Shown here: positions 54,989 to 64,000 of the stretch, piece after piece
Layout of the letters: every line of letters starts with the position of its first letter
Position numbering within the stretch: the stretch's first letter is position 1
Source of the DNA: an uncultured Bifidobacterium sp.
GTDB lineage: Bacteria > Actinomycetota > Acidimicrobiia > Acidimicrobiales > Ilumatobacteraceae
DNA: 64,000 bases
Assembly: GCA_964653385.1 (NCBI GenBank)
Contig: CAZZFB010000001.1
Location: forward strand, 3,523-67,522
Direction of reading: 5' to 3'
Notes under the pieces: model-generated
The model's input: only the letters and a program-made list of their open reading frames with translations
Told to the model about the DNA's origin: nothing
The model's database searches: none
Program-made: the position numbers and the translations under genes

Positions 54989-55905
54989 ATCTTGGCCTCC
55001 CGGAGGTCGAGCTTTCTGCGGACGTAGTCGCCGAACCAGTTGCTGGAGATGACCGTGAACGCGATGCACAGCGACGGCATGTAGACCTCGTGCGGGCTGA
55101 AGGCGATGTTTCCGCGGCCGTTCGCGAGCATGGAACCCCACGAGGCGCCACCCGGCACGCCGATACCGAGGATCGAGAGCGAGCCTTCCACGATGATGAC
55201 CGAGCCGATGGCGAGGAACCCGATGGCGAGAATCGCCGGCGCCACGTTCGGCAGGATGTGCTTGCGGATGATCGTGAAGTTCTTCGTGCCCATGGACTTC
55301 GACGCGAGGACGAACTCGCGCCCCGCCCACTGGAGGGTGCTGGCCCTGGCGATTCGACCGAGAATCGGGATGATTACCAGTGTCAGGGAGAGCATCAGAA
55401 CCATCACGCGGCGCGTCGTCGTTGCCGGGTTGTTGGCATCCGAGTAGGCGAGCACCGAGAGGAGCGCGAGCGAGAGCACCAGGTTGGGGATCGAGAGCAT
55501 CACGTTGAAGATGCTGGTCACGATCAGGTCGAACTTGCCGCGGAAGTATGCGGACGTGATGCCGATGAAGGAACCGATTCCTCCCCCGAGGAGGACAGCC
55601 ACGAACGACACGGATGCGGAGATCTTCGCGCCGTTCACCAGTCCGGCGAGCATGTCGTAGCCGTCCTGCGTGGTCCCCAGGAAGTGGCCGGATGTGCCGG
55701 GTCTCGCCCCGAGGTAGTCGTAGAACGACTCGTCCCAGGCGGGCAGGGGCAGCAGAGGCCCGAAAATCGCCGCGAAGACCACAAGGCCGAGCCATGTGCC
55801 GGCGATGTAGAAGCCGACGGGGCGCTTGCGCTCCTTCTTTTGCTTTGCCGGGAGGGCGGCCTCCTCGGCCGTCGTCTCGGCGGGAATGGTGGACTGCTCA
55901 GACAC
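54985..55905 (-). CDS. ABC transporter permease (DppC/OppC-like)
   Basis: Six TM segments. BPD-transport EAA-type loop context SKSMGTKNFTIIRKHILPN. Confidence 0.88.
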   Translation of the reverse strand: MSEQSTIPAETTAEEAALPAKQKKERKRPVGFYIAGTWLGLVVFAAIFGPLLPLPAWDESFYDYLGARPGTSGHFLGTTQDGYDMLAGLVNGAKISASVSFVAVLLGGGIGSFIGITSAYFRGKFDLIVTSIFNVMLSIPNLVLSLALLSVLAYSDANNPATTTRRVMVLMLSLTLVIIPILGRIARASTLQWAGREFVLASKSMGTKNFTIIRKHILPNVAPAILAIGFLAIGSVIIVEGSLSILGIGVPGGASWGSMLANGRGNIAFSPHEVYMPSLCIAFTVISSNWFGDYVRRKLDLREAKI

Positions 55906-56860
55906 GGCGCTCCCTCGTTCTCGGGTCGATGATGTTGGTCAGGATGTCGATGAGGCTGTTGAAGAACACGTAGCCGAAGGAAATCAGCGCGATCAGGGTC
56001 TGCATTGCGATGACCTGCCGCGCACCGATGGAGTAGAAGACCTCGTACCCGATGCCGGGGATCACGAAGATCGTCTCGATGACGATCGTGCCACCGATGA
56101 GCCCGCCCATGTTCAGTGCCGCCGAGGTGAGGAGCGTGGTGCTGGAGGGGCGGAAGACGTGGCGCCACAGGATGCGCCGGTCCGAGATGCCCTTGGAGGC
56201 GGCCATCGTGACGTAGTCGTCCTTGAGCGTGGCGATCACGTCGGTGCGGAGAAGTCTCGTGTACGACGATGTCAGTCCGACCGCGATGCTGACGACCGGG
56301 AGGATCATCAACTTCAGGTGCTCGAGCAGGTTCTCGCTCGGCGGCGTGTACCCGATGGGGTCGACCCAGCCGAGCTGCACCGCGAAGACGAGCGACAGGA
56401 TCAGTGCCAGCGCGAAACCGGGGAAGGACACCAGGGTGAACAGGGTGCTCGACACGATGCGGTCGAACCGGCCGTTCTCCTTGTAGGCCGAGATGAGGCC
56501 GAGCGGGATGGCGGCCGAGAGGGCGACGATCTGGGCGTACATGATCAATTGCAGAGTGACCGGCAGTGTCGACTTGATGACCTCCGACAGAGGGCGCCTG
56601 CCACCGTTCAGGAAGTAGTACCCGAAGTCGCCGCTGAGCAGGTTGGAGTACCAGTTCCACCAATAGCCGATGATTCCCTTGTCGAGGTTCAGTTCCCTGC
56701 GGATCTCGGCGATGATCTCGGGTGTCCCGGAACCCGCAACGAGCAGTGCGGCCGGATCACCCGGAAGCAACCACACCAGGCACGCAAGCAGGAAGGTTGC
56801 GGTCGTGACGATCACCGCCATCCCGACTATGCGCTTGGCCAACAGACGCAAGATGTCCAT
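55898..56860 (-). CDS. ABC transporter permease (DppB/OppB-like)
   Basis: MDILRLLAKRIVG... and ASKGISDRRILWRHVFRP. ATG 56860 follows GAGGGGGAA. Confidence 0.88.
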   Translation of the reverse strand: MDILRLLAKRIVGMAVIVTTATFLLACLVWLLPGDPAALLVAGSGTPEIIAEIRRELNLDKGIIGYWWNWYSNLLSGDFGYYFLNGGRRPLSEVIKSTLPVTLQLIMYAQIVALSAAIPLGLISAYKENGRFDRIVSSTLFTLVSFPGFALALILSLVFAVQLGWVDPIGYTPPSENLLEHLKLMILPVVSIAVGLTSSYTRLLRTDVIATLKDDYVTMAASKGISDRRILWRHVFRPSSTTLLTSAALNMGGLIGGTIVIETIFVIPGIGYEVFYSIGARQVIAMQTLIALISFGYVFFNSLIDILTNIIDPRTRERRV

Positions 56861-56952
56861 GTTCCCCCTCTTGTTCTTTCTGACGATACATGAGAAAGGG
56901 GGTGGCACCCAAGTTGGGCGCCACCCCCTTTCGAGGTTTGCTCAGCGAGCGA

Positions 56953-58755
56953 TCAGCCCTTGCCGGCGATCTTCTGGACTCCCGACCAGTCGATACCCCA
57001 GTTGGTCATGATGCGCTGCGTCTTGCCCTCGGGCAGCTTGGTCTTGCCGATGTTGGTGAGACCGTTCTTCTTGTTCACGAACATCGTGAAGTAGAAGTGC
57101 GCGACCGAGCCCATGTATGCCTCGCCCTGCAGGATGGCCGCGGCCTCTGCGAACTTGGTCTTGGCACCGAGCTTGGTGGCGGCTGCCTGTGCGTCGTAGA
57201 TCGCCTTGTCGACGTTGGTGTTCGAGTGCTTGTTCAGCTGCAGCAGCGAACCGAGAGCGGTGCGCAGCAGGGCAGCGGTCTGGCCGCCGGCGGCCGCACC
57301 CAGGGAGGGCAGCCACGAGTCGGTCAGGATGAACGGAGCGTTGAACGTCATGTCGGTGCCCTCGAAGAGGGTGGCGAAGAAGCCGTCGTAGGCGTTCTGG
57401 TTCTTGATGCTCGTTGCCGAGGAGTTCCAGGCCTTGGCGATGATCACTGCCGATTCCTCGACGACGATGTTCGCGGTGATGCCGCACTTGGCCCACTGGC
57501 TCTGGAAGAACTTCGCGTTGGCCTGTGCCGCCGTGGAGACGTCGGACGGGAACGAGAAGGTCAGGTCCTTGCCGGTCTCGGCCTTGTACGCCTCGGCGTA
57601 CTTCTTGGCACCCGCAGGATCGAACTTCTGGAAGCCGCGGGTCGTGTACATCGGGCTCGCGGGCTGCACCAGCGCCTTGGCGATGGTGGTCTCACCCTTG
57701 GTGCGGACCTTCACGTAGTTGGCGCGGTCGAGGCAGTGGAGAACAGCGAGACGCGCGTTCTTGTTCGCGAACGGCGAGCCGTCCTTGGCCTGGTTCAGCC
57801 ACAGGGACGGGTAGAACTCGATCTTCGACTTGTACTCGGTGACCACGGACTTGCGCTGGCGCAGGTCACGGATGAACGTTGCCTCGGTGGCGGAGCCGAA
57901 CTGGCCGGCGTCGTAGGTGCCCTTGCGGACTGCGGCCGCACGCTGCGACGCTTCCTTCACGTTGGTGAACGTGATGGAGTCGAGGTACGGGAGCTTGTCG
58001 CCATTGGCAGCGGTGCGCCAGTAGTCAGCGTTGCGGACGACCTTCAGCTCGTCCTGGTTGACGAGCGTGTAGTTGCTCTCCACCTTGAACGGACCGGTGC
58101 CGATCGGCTTCTTGAGACAGGTATCCCTGTCGGCCGCCTGGCTGGGCGCACGCATCACGAAACGACCCGACGCGTAGAGCGTGCCGGGGAAGTCGTTCTG
58201 GGCGCGGTCAAGGTCGAACTTCACCACGTAGTCACTGACCTTGGTCATCTTGGCGATGTTCGCCGAGAAGGTCGATCCGGTGCCCACGGTGTAGCCCTTG
58301 GTCGCGTAACCGGCGAGACCACCCGCGGCGAACGCGGCGAGCGCGACACGGCCGGTGATGTTGTTGAAGTTGGTGATCACTGCGTCAGCGTTGAATGCGG
58401 AGCCGTCGTGGAACTTCACGTTCTCGCGGAGGGTGAACGTCCAGGACTTGAAGTCGGAGGACGCAGACCAGCTCTTGGCGAGCAGCGGGATGTAGTCGCC
58501 GCCGACCGACTTCTCGACGAGTGTCTCGTAGATGGTGCGCACGGCCATGAGGGCCGAGTTGTTCGGGTTGTTGGAGAAGCAGAAGCCCGGGAAGGTGTCG
58601 CCGATGGCGACCTTCGCGTTTCCTCCATACGTCCCTGCCTGCGGCTTGGAAGCCGCACTGGCGGTGGAGGCCACGGTGGAGACGGCAATCGCGGCCGCAA
58701 GGGCCACTCCCGCGCGTCGCAACACTCGTGACCGGCTGGTCTGACGTTGAGTCAT
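56953..58755 (-). CDS. ABC transporter substrate-binding protein, family 5
   Basis: Starts MTQRQTSRSRVLRRAGVALAAAIA, a signal peptide without Cys. Contains KSWTFTLRENVKFHDGSAFNADAV and NADYWR. First gene of the five-gene importer operon. Confidence 0.88.
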   Translation of the reverse strand: MTQRQTSRSRVLRRAGVALAAAIAVSTVASTASAASKPQAGTYGGNAKVAIGDTFPGFCFSNNPNNSALMAVRTIYETLVEKSVGGDYIPLLAKSWSASSDFKSWTFTLRENVKFHDGSAFNADAVITNFNNITGRVALAAFAAGGLAGYATKGYTVGTGSTFSANIAKMTKVSDYVVKFDLDRAQNDFPGTLYASGRFVMRAPSQAADRDTCLKKPIGTGPFKVESNYTLVNQDELKVVRNADYWRTAANGDKLPYLDSITFTNVKEASQRAAAVRKGTYDAGQFGSATEATFIRDLRQRKSVVTEYKSKIEFYPSLWLNQAKDGSPFANKNARLAVLHCLDRANYVKVRTKGETTIAKALVQPASPMYTTRGFQKFDPAGAKKYAEAYKAETGKDLTFSFPSDVSTAAQANAKFFQSQWAKCGITANIVVEESAVIIAKAWNSSATSIKNQNAYDGFFATLFEGTDMTFNAPFILTDSWLPSLGAAAGGQTAALLRTALGSLLQLNKHSNTNVDKAIYDAQAAATKLGAKTKFAEAAAILQGEAYMGSVAHFYFTMFVNKKNGLTNIGKTKLPEGKTQRIMTNWGIDWSGVQKIAGKG

Positions 58756-58775
58756 TGAGTTACCCCCAAAGTTGG

Positions 58776-58792
58776 CACACCACCGTGGTGTG
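58776..58792. promoter_or_regulatory. 17-bp palindrome in the leader of the peptide-ABC operon
   Basis: CACACCAC-C-GTGGTGTG lies 21-37 nt upstream of the SBP start codon. A second inverted repeat TGACGAGG...CCTCGTCA follows at 58791-58823. Confidence 0.35.
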
Positions 58793-58915
58793 ACGAGGGA
58801 CACGATAGCACCGGGCCTCGTCACGAAAGCAAGGCACGCCGCGAAGATTTTCCTTGCGGCACTTGGCTTGTGCAAGGGTCGCAGGTGCACCCGGCGCACA
58901 ATTGCACGTCCTCCG

Positions 58916-59857
58916 TCAGGGCCGGATGTGGACCTTTATCGCACCGCTCGACCTGTCGGCGGCGGTGCGGAATGCCTCGGGGGCGTCCTCCAGGCCGAAT
59001 TCGTGGGTGACGAGCGTGTCCGCCACGGCTGGGTGCGCCCCCACGATCCCCGCCGCCTCGGCAAAGTCATTGTGGTCGTGGTCGTGCCCGTAGAACATGG
59101 CCGGCACGAAGGTGACTTCCTTGAGCAACAGGGCATTGGACATGCGCACCGGTGACCAGAACAGGCCGAACTCGAGCAGGGTGCCGCCGGGTTCCGTGGC
59201 GTTGATGCACAGGTCCACCGTCTCCTGGGTGCACACGGCGTCGAAGGTGTGAGCGTACGCCGACCCCGCCGGGCTCCCGACGACACGCGCCCCGAGGGCC
59301 TCTGCGGCCGCGGCCTGGTGGGCGTGGCGCGTGACAATGTCGCACTCCACACCCCACGCGCGGAGGGCGGCGGCCGTGAGCAGGCCGATGCTCCCCGCCC
59401 CGACGACGAGGGCGCGGTCACCCCTGGTCACGCCGGAGCGCCGCAACCCGTGGATCGCAACCGCGAGAGGTTCGACCAGGGCGGCGTCCCTCGGGCGCGA
59501 GCCGGCGGGCATCACGGTGAGACGCGACTCCTCGACCCGTGCGGTGGGGGCAAGGCCGCCGTTCATCGAGATCCCGTACGAGCGCGCCATCGCGTCGGAG
59601 CAGAGATGGTGCTTGCCGCGGCTGCAGTGGCGGCACGTGCCGCACTCGCCGGTGGGACGGACGGCGACGAGCCGTCCGTCCGGGAGCCAGCCGCCGAACT
59701 CGTGGCCGATGACGACCCCGCGCATGCCGTTCTCGATCATGTGCAGGTCGCTCCCGCAGATGCCGCACATGGCGACCCGCAAGTCGACACCGTCACCATC
59801 GGGTGCTTCGATGTCCCTCAGCACGACGGACTTCTGCTCGGCGAACACTGCGCGCAT
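58916..59857 (-). CDS. Zinc-dependent alcohol dehydrogenase (MDR family)
   Basis: CGICGSDLH, GHEFGG, structural-zinc CGTCRHCSRGKHHLC and Rossmann GAGSIGL. Starts MRAVFAEQK. Confidence 0.88.
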   Translation of the reverse strand: MRAVFAEQKSVVLRDIEAPDGDGVDLRVAMCGICGSDLHMIENGMRGVVIGHEFGGWLPDGRLVAVRPTGECGTCRHCSRGKHHLCSDAMARSYGISMNGGLAPTARVEESRLTVMPAGSRPRDAALVEPLAVAIHGLRRSGVTRGDRALVVGAGSIGLLTAAALRAWGVECDIVTRHAHQAAAAEALGARVVGSPAGSAYAHTFDAVCTQETVDLCINATEPGGTLLEFGLFWSPVRMSNALLLKEVTFVPAMFYGHDHDHNDFAEAAGIVGAHPAVADTLVTHEFGLEDAPEAFRTAADRSSGAIKVHIRP

Positions 59858-59888
59858 GCGTGGAACGGTACAGCCCGTCGGGCGCAGG

Positions 59889-60716
59889 TCACGGCCCGGG
59901 GGCCGTCGTCGGTGAAGCAGCGGGGGAGGTTGTTGCCGGCGGGACAGTGGTCGGCGATGTCGTCGTCGTGGGGATCGTTGTCGTGGGGATTGTTGTCGTC
60001 GTGGTGGTGGAAGTCGAGGTTGTCGTGGTTGTCGCGTCGATGATCGTCCTGCCGAAGGAAGCCACCTGGCGTACCGTCCATGACGCACGCGTCCGGTACC
60101 CGGACACCGTGAGGTGGACCCCGTCGGCGATGTAGCGGGACGCGCCCCTCGGCACGAACGCGCCCGACCAGTCGGCGACGTGGAGATTCGGCCACTCGGT
60201 CTGTGCTGCGCGCAGCGCACGGTTGAATCGGAGCGCGCGCTGACGCCAGTCGGGCCTGATGGTCGACGAGAAAGTGGGGGTGACCCACAGGACGGGGACG
60301 CCCAGCGACTCGTTCATCACCTTCTCGATGACCGCCGGCGGATAGGACGCCGCCCGCTGCGAGATCATGTCGTTCGTCCCGAGAGCGACGACCACCGCCG
60401 TGGGGTTGCGTGTCGACTCCATCCTCGACGCGAGTGTCGAAGCCCCCTGGCGGGCGGTGCGCCCGACGCGCGCATCCATCACCACCGCGGTCCAGATCCC
60501 GGCGCGCCTGAGGTTGACGGCCACCGCGCCGAAGGCGTCGGCGCCGACGGTGAGGCTGTCCCCGATGAAGAGGAGCGTGCCCTGGCCGTCCCGCGTGAGG
60601 TCGCCCGCGCGCGCTGACGCACTTCGGGGCGCCCCCGCCAGTGTCCACGCGAGGAGCAGGGCGCCGCACATGAGGACGACGGTCACGCGCCGGGGGCCGG
60701 GCAGGGGGTTGCGCAC
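59889..60716 (-). CDS. Secreted SGNH/GDSL hydrolase with C-terminal Thr/Pro-rich tail
   Basis: FIGDSLT (block I), GTND (block III) and DGVHLT (block V). Signal peptide RRVTVVLMCGALLLAWTLAGAPRSASA. The tail is TTTTTSTSTTTTTTIPTTTIPTTTTSPTTVPPATTSPAASPTTAPGP. I prefer GTG 60716 over 60749. Confidence 0.8.
   Translation of the reverse strand: MRNPLPGPRRVTVVLMCGALLLAWTLAGAPRSASARAGDLTRDGQGTLLFIGDSLTVGADAFGAVAVNLRRAGIWTAVVMDARVGRTARQGASTLASRMESTRNPTAVVVALGTNDMISQRAASYPPAVIEKVMNESLGVPVLWVTPTFSSTIRPDWRQRALRFNRALRAAQTEWPNLHVADWSGAFVPRGASRYIADGVHLTVSGYRTRASWTVRQVASFGRTIIDATTTTTSTSTTTTTTIPTTTIPTTTTSPTTVPPATTSPAASPTTAPGP
59966..59995. repeat. Tandem 15-bp duplication inside the Thr-rich tail coding region
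   Basis: TCGTGGGGATCGTTG followed directly by TCGTGGGGATTGTTG (one mismatch). On the minus strand this encodes the repeated TTIPT units. Confidence 0.8.
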
Positions 60717-60742
60717 CCGACCATTGTGGCAAGGTTGGGGGC

Positions 60743-62785
60743 GTGACACGGAAGCACTTCCTCACTTACCTGTCGCTCTCCACCGTGTCGATCGCCCAGC
60801 CGATCTTCGACCTCTACGGCAAGAACCTCACCGTCTTCAGCGCGGGGAAGCTCTCGCGGTGGGAGGTGTTGTTCTTCCTGCTGTTCTTCCTGCTCGGCCC
60901 GGCGCTCGTCGCGGTCGCAGTCGACAGGTTCTCGGCGATGTTCGGGCCCCGGGTCAACGAGGCCACGCGGCTGGTGCTGGTCGGCGCCCTCTCGTTCCTC
61001 TCGGGTCTCGCGGTGGCGCGGTGGATCGGCATGGGTTCCGATGCCGGGTACGTGCTGCTCGCGTTGGCGCTTGCCTTCCTGGTGCCCTGGGCCTTCGACA
61101 AGCGGAAGGGGGTGCGCGAGTGGTCGCGTTGGCTCGCGGTGCTCTCCCTTGCGCTCGGGGCGACGACGTTCGTGCAGCTGCGCCCGCTCATCTTCCCCCT
61201 GTCGGACACGCAGGCGAACGCGACGGTCGCGAACGACGACCTGTCGGTGTTCCTGGTCGTCATGGACGAGTTCCCGCTGTACGCCCTGCTCGGGCCGGAC
61301 GGGAACATCAACGCCGAGAGGTGGCCGGGCTTTGCCGCGCTTGCCGCGCAGTCCACGTGGTACCGGGACGCACTTGCGGTCTCGAACTTCACCCACCAGG
61401 CCGTGCCCGCAGTCCTCGCGTCCTCGCGCCCGGTCCGGGACGGCGGGCCGTTCCTGTACTCGTACCCCCACAACATCTTCACGCTCTACGCCGACGAGAT
61501 GAAGGTCGCGGGGACGGAGCCGGTCACGACCCTCTGCCCGAAGCGGGTCTGCGGCGGCGAGTCGGAGTTCGGCACGGGCATCTCCGCGACCAGGCTGCGG
61601 CGTTTCCTGAAGGACGTCTCGATCGTCTACGGCCAGCGCGTGCTGCCGCCGTCCCTCCGCGAGAGGTTGCCGCGCGTGGACCAGGGCTGGGGAGGGTTCG
61701 CCGCCGTGCGGGACAAGTTCAAGGAGCAACTGCACGACCAGGTCTTCAGCCAGCGCGACGCGATCGTCGATGGTGCCGAGGCGCTCGCCACCTCCGCGGA
61801 ACCGATGGTGAAGGTCGTCCATGCGCTCCTCCCGCACGCGCCGTGGCGCCTCACCCCGGACGGAAGGGTCGCGCCCCTCAGCCCGGAGATCGGCACCCAG
61901 AACCCGGAGGACGAGGACGGCACGAGGGACACGTACCAGGCTTTCCTCCACCAGCTCGCCGCCACCGATGCCGCCGTCGCGAAGGCGATGGCGACGATCA
62001 AGGCCTCGGGCAAGTGGGACAGCACGATGTTCGTGCTGACCGCCGACCACGGGATCTCGTTCCTCCCCACGTTGCCGCAGCGCAACACCGATTTCACCGA
62101 TCTCGAGCAGTCCGAGGACATCTACAGGATCCCGATGTTCGTCAAGTACCCGGGCCAGAAGGCAGGGAAGGCTGACGAGTGCCCGGTGACGAACCTCGAC
62201 ATCCTGCCCACCGTGAACGCTGTCCTCGGCACGACGTCAGACTGGAAGTTCGACGGGCAGCCGGTGCGGGACGCCTGTCCCTCCCGCGGCGGGCGCGAGG
62301 TCGTGGCGGCAACAGGCGAGAAGCACACTTTCGCGTCGGGCTTCGCGGCCGCACGGGGACGCGCGGAGTACTACTCCATGCTCGTGCCGAACACGGGTCC
62401 GGTCAGCCGGATCGCCGCTGTCGGGCAGTCTGCGGGCCTCGTCGGTCTCCCCATCTCGGCCGGGACGCAGTCGAGCCTCGTCGGTTCCTGGACGCTGAAG
62501 CAGCGGGACGCGTTCGCCGCAATCGACGGCCGGCCGGGAACCACCGTTCCTGCGACGGTCACGGGCACGGTCACCCTGTCGGGGCCCGCAGTGGAGGGCA
62601 CGGAGGGAATCATCGCGGTGGACGGGATCGCCGCCGGCGTCCTCGGCGAGCTGTCCGGGCAGGAGGGCGAGATCAGGTTCACGTCCGTCCTCGACATCAC
62701 CCGTCTCGGTGCAGGTGCGCACACCGTGGAGCTCTTCGTGCGCGACGAGAACGGGACCGTCACCCGCGTCGGCCCGCCCGCGTGA
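60743..62785 (+). CDS. Membrane-anchored sulfatase/alkaline-phosphatase-superfamily protein (LtaS / phosphoethanolamine-transferase-like) with C-terminal extension
   Basis: Five or six N-terminal TM helices, then VVMDEFP, SNFTHQAVPAVL and LTADHG. A ~200-aa C-terminal beta-rich region follows. Confidence 0.7.
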   Translation: MTRKHFLTYLSLSTVSIAQPIFDLYGKNLTVFSAGKLSRWEVLFFLLFFLLGPALVAVAVDRFSAMFGPRVNEATRLVLVGALSFLSGLAVARWIGMGSDAGYVLLALALAFLVPWAFDKRKGVREWSRWLAVLSLALGATTFVQLRPLIFPLSDTQANATVANDDLSVFLVVMDEFPLYALLGPDGNINAERWPGFAALAAQSTWYRDALAVSNFTHQAVPAVLASSRPVRDGGPFLYSYPHNIFTLYADEMKVAGTEPVTTLCPKRVCGGESEFGTGISATRLRRFLKDVSIVYGQRVLPPSLRERLPRVDQGWGGFAAVRDKFKEQLHDQVFSQRDAIVDGAEALATSAEPMVKVVHALLPHAPWRLTPDGRVAPLSPEIGTQNPEDEDGTRDTYQAFLHQLAATDAAVAKAMATIKASGKWDSTMFVLTADHGISFLPTLPQRNTDFTDLEQSEDIYRIPMFVKYPGQKAGKADECPVTNLDILPTVNAVLGTTSDWKFDGQPVRDACPSRGGREVVAATGEKHTFASGFAAARGRAEYYSMLVPNTGPVSRIAAVGQSAGLVGLPISAGTQSSLVGSWTLKQRDAFAAIDGRPGTTVPATVTGTVTLSGPAVEGTEGIIAVDGIAAGVLGELSGQEGEIRFTSVLDITRLGAGAHTVELFVRDENGTVTRVGPPA

Positions 62786-62841
62786 CGAGCCCGTGAGTTC
62801 CCGGGCCGCGGACCCGCGGTGACGGTGCGGTCAGCTGCGGG

Positions 62842-64000
62842 TCATCGGCGCCACTGCGGGGAGTCCTCCAGCGCGGAGACGGTGGAGGCGACGGAGGCGG
62901 CCGGCACGGGGTGGCTGATGAGGTAGCCCTGCGCCTTGTGGCACTGCAGCGACGACAGGATGTCCATCTGCTCGAGGGTCTCGACACCCTCCGCCACCAC
63001 GTCGGCGCCCAGCGACTCCGCCATCGCGATGATCGTCCGCACGAGCGTGTGGGACCCGCCGTCGGCACGGAGCTCGTTCACGAATGCCCTGTCGATCTTG
63101 ACCCGCTGGATGGGGAAGCGCTGGAGGAGGGAGAGCGACGAGTACCCGGTGCCGAAGTCGTCGATGGCGATGCGGACACCGAGCGAGTTCAGCTGCCGCA
63201 GTGACGACAGCGCCTGGGTCGGCTCGGCGATCATCACGCTCTCCGTGACCTCCAGCCACAGCCGGTCCGCGGGGACGCCGGAGCGGGAGAGGGCGTCCGC
63301 CACGACGGAGACGAATGTCGGGTCGTGCAGCTGCCGGGCCGAGACGTTCACGCTGACGGTCGTGTGGGGCCCGCACGTGCCGGCGTCCATCCACTGGCGC
63401 AGGTTCGTGAGGGCGTCGTGCAGTGCCCACGACCCGAGGGGCACGATGGTGCCGGTCTCCTCTGCGACCGGGATGAACTCCGCGGGCGAGACGGTCCCGT
63501 TGTCGCCGCGGTCCCATCTCATCAGGGACTCGAAGCCGACCACTATGCCGAGACGAGTGTCGATGATCGGCTGGTGCACGAGGTGGACCTCGTTCCTCTC
63601 CAGTGCCCTGTACAGCGCGGTCTCGATGTCGAGGCGGTGGGTCACCCGCTCCACCATGGAGTCGTCGAAGAAGGCGATGCAGTTGCGCCCGGCCGCCTTG
63701 GCGCGGTACATCGCCGTGTCCGCGTGGCGCAGGATCTCGTCGGCCGTGAGCGAGAGGTTCCGCACGGCCATCGCCACCCCGATGCTGGCCGAGACGAACA
63801 TGTCGCCCTGGCGGAGCGACAGCGGCGCACGGAGCGAGTCGAGAACGTGCTCGGCCAGGACGACGGCCTGCGTGGCGCTCTCCGTGGTCGGGTCGAGGAC
63901 CACGAACTCGTCGCCGGAGATGCGCCCCACCCGTGCGTGTGCCGGCACGGAACCGACGAGGCGCCGCGCGACGTCGAGGAGCACGTCGTCGCCGGCGGAG
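62842..64000 (-). CDS. GGDEF-EAL diguanylate cyclase/phosphodiesterase, N-terminus outside window
   Basis: Frame stays open to the window edge (..GDDVLLDVARRL). GGDEF site reads RISGDEF. The EAL domain has FESLMRW, EVTES, DDFGTGYSSL, KIDRAFV and AEGVET. Confidence 0.88.
   Translation of the reverse strand, partial: SAGDDVLLDVARRLVGSVPAHARVGRISGDEFVVLDPTTESATQAVVLAEHVLDSLRAPLSLRQGDMFVSASIGVAMAVRNLSLTADEILRHADTAMYRAKAAGRNCIAFFDDSMVERVTHRLDIETALYRALERNEVHLVHQPIIDTRLGIVVGFESLMRWDRGDNGTVSPAEFIPVAEETGTIVPLGSWALHDALTNLRQWMDAGTCGPHTTVSVNVSARQLHDPTFVSVVADALSRSGVPADRLWLEVTESVMIAEPTQALSSLRQLNSLGVRIAIDDFGTGYSSLSLLQRFPIQRVKIDRAFVNELRADGGSHTLVRTIIAMAESLGADVVAEGVETLEQMDILSSLQCHKAQGYLISHPVPAASVASTVSALEDSPQWRR

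Noticed and set aside
59905-60040. Short periodic GTCGTGG/GTTGTCG repeats considered as a CRISPR-like or minisatellite locus
   Set aside because: The repeats lie inside a coding region, the units are 15 bp without spacers, and they simply encode the Thr-rich tail. No CRISPR repeats or cas genes occur anywhere in the window.

Overview
A GC-rich (by eye, not computed), gene-dense chromosomal segment that looks actinobacterial. Supporting signs are GTG/TTG starts, many 4-nt start/stop overlaps, LLM/F420-type enzymes and DesA-type desaturase. I support about 60 protein-coding genes, two tRNAs (Gly-GCC, Cys-GCA), one probable SAM riboswitch upstream of metX, and a few hairpins and palindromes. I saw no rRNA, CRISPR array, integrase or transposase. 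Most genes are ordinary metabolism: four AMP-dependent acyl-CoA ligases, acyl-CoA dehydrogenase, enoyl-CoA hydratase, acyl-ACP desaturase, PlsC, PAP2, SDR, three LLM-class oxidoreductases, a P450, an amidase, a transaminase/omega-amidase pair, a Mo-hydroxylase, a Dpp/Opp-type ABC importer and a cell-envelope glycan cluster. The best candidate for an undescribed system is at 16.2-20.9 kb. There, an NrtR-like Nudix/wHTH regulator followed by a small vWA protein sits divergent from a two-gene operon. That operon encodes an ADP-ribosylglycohydrolase fused to a CX5R (dual-specificity/PTP-like) phosphatase, then a CbbX/EccA/SpoVK-type AAA+ ATPase with a non-TPR, chaperone-like N-domain. A second candidate is at 38.6-40.2 kb: a 59-aa membrane peptide coupled to a methyltransferase whose N-domain carries kinase-like catalytic motifs. 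All functional calls rest on motif recognition in the supplied translations, with no database search run. Start codons are my best choices and several are uncertain. The many long Arg/Gly/Pro/His-rich ORFs antisense to these genes are treated as high-GC shadow ORFs.
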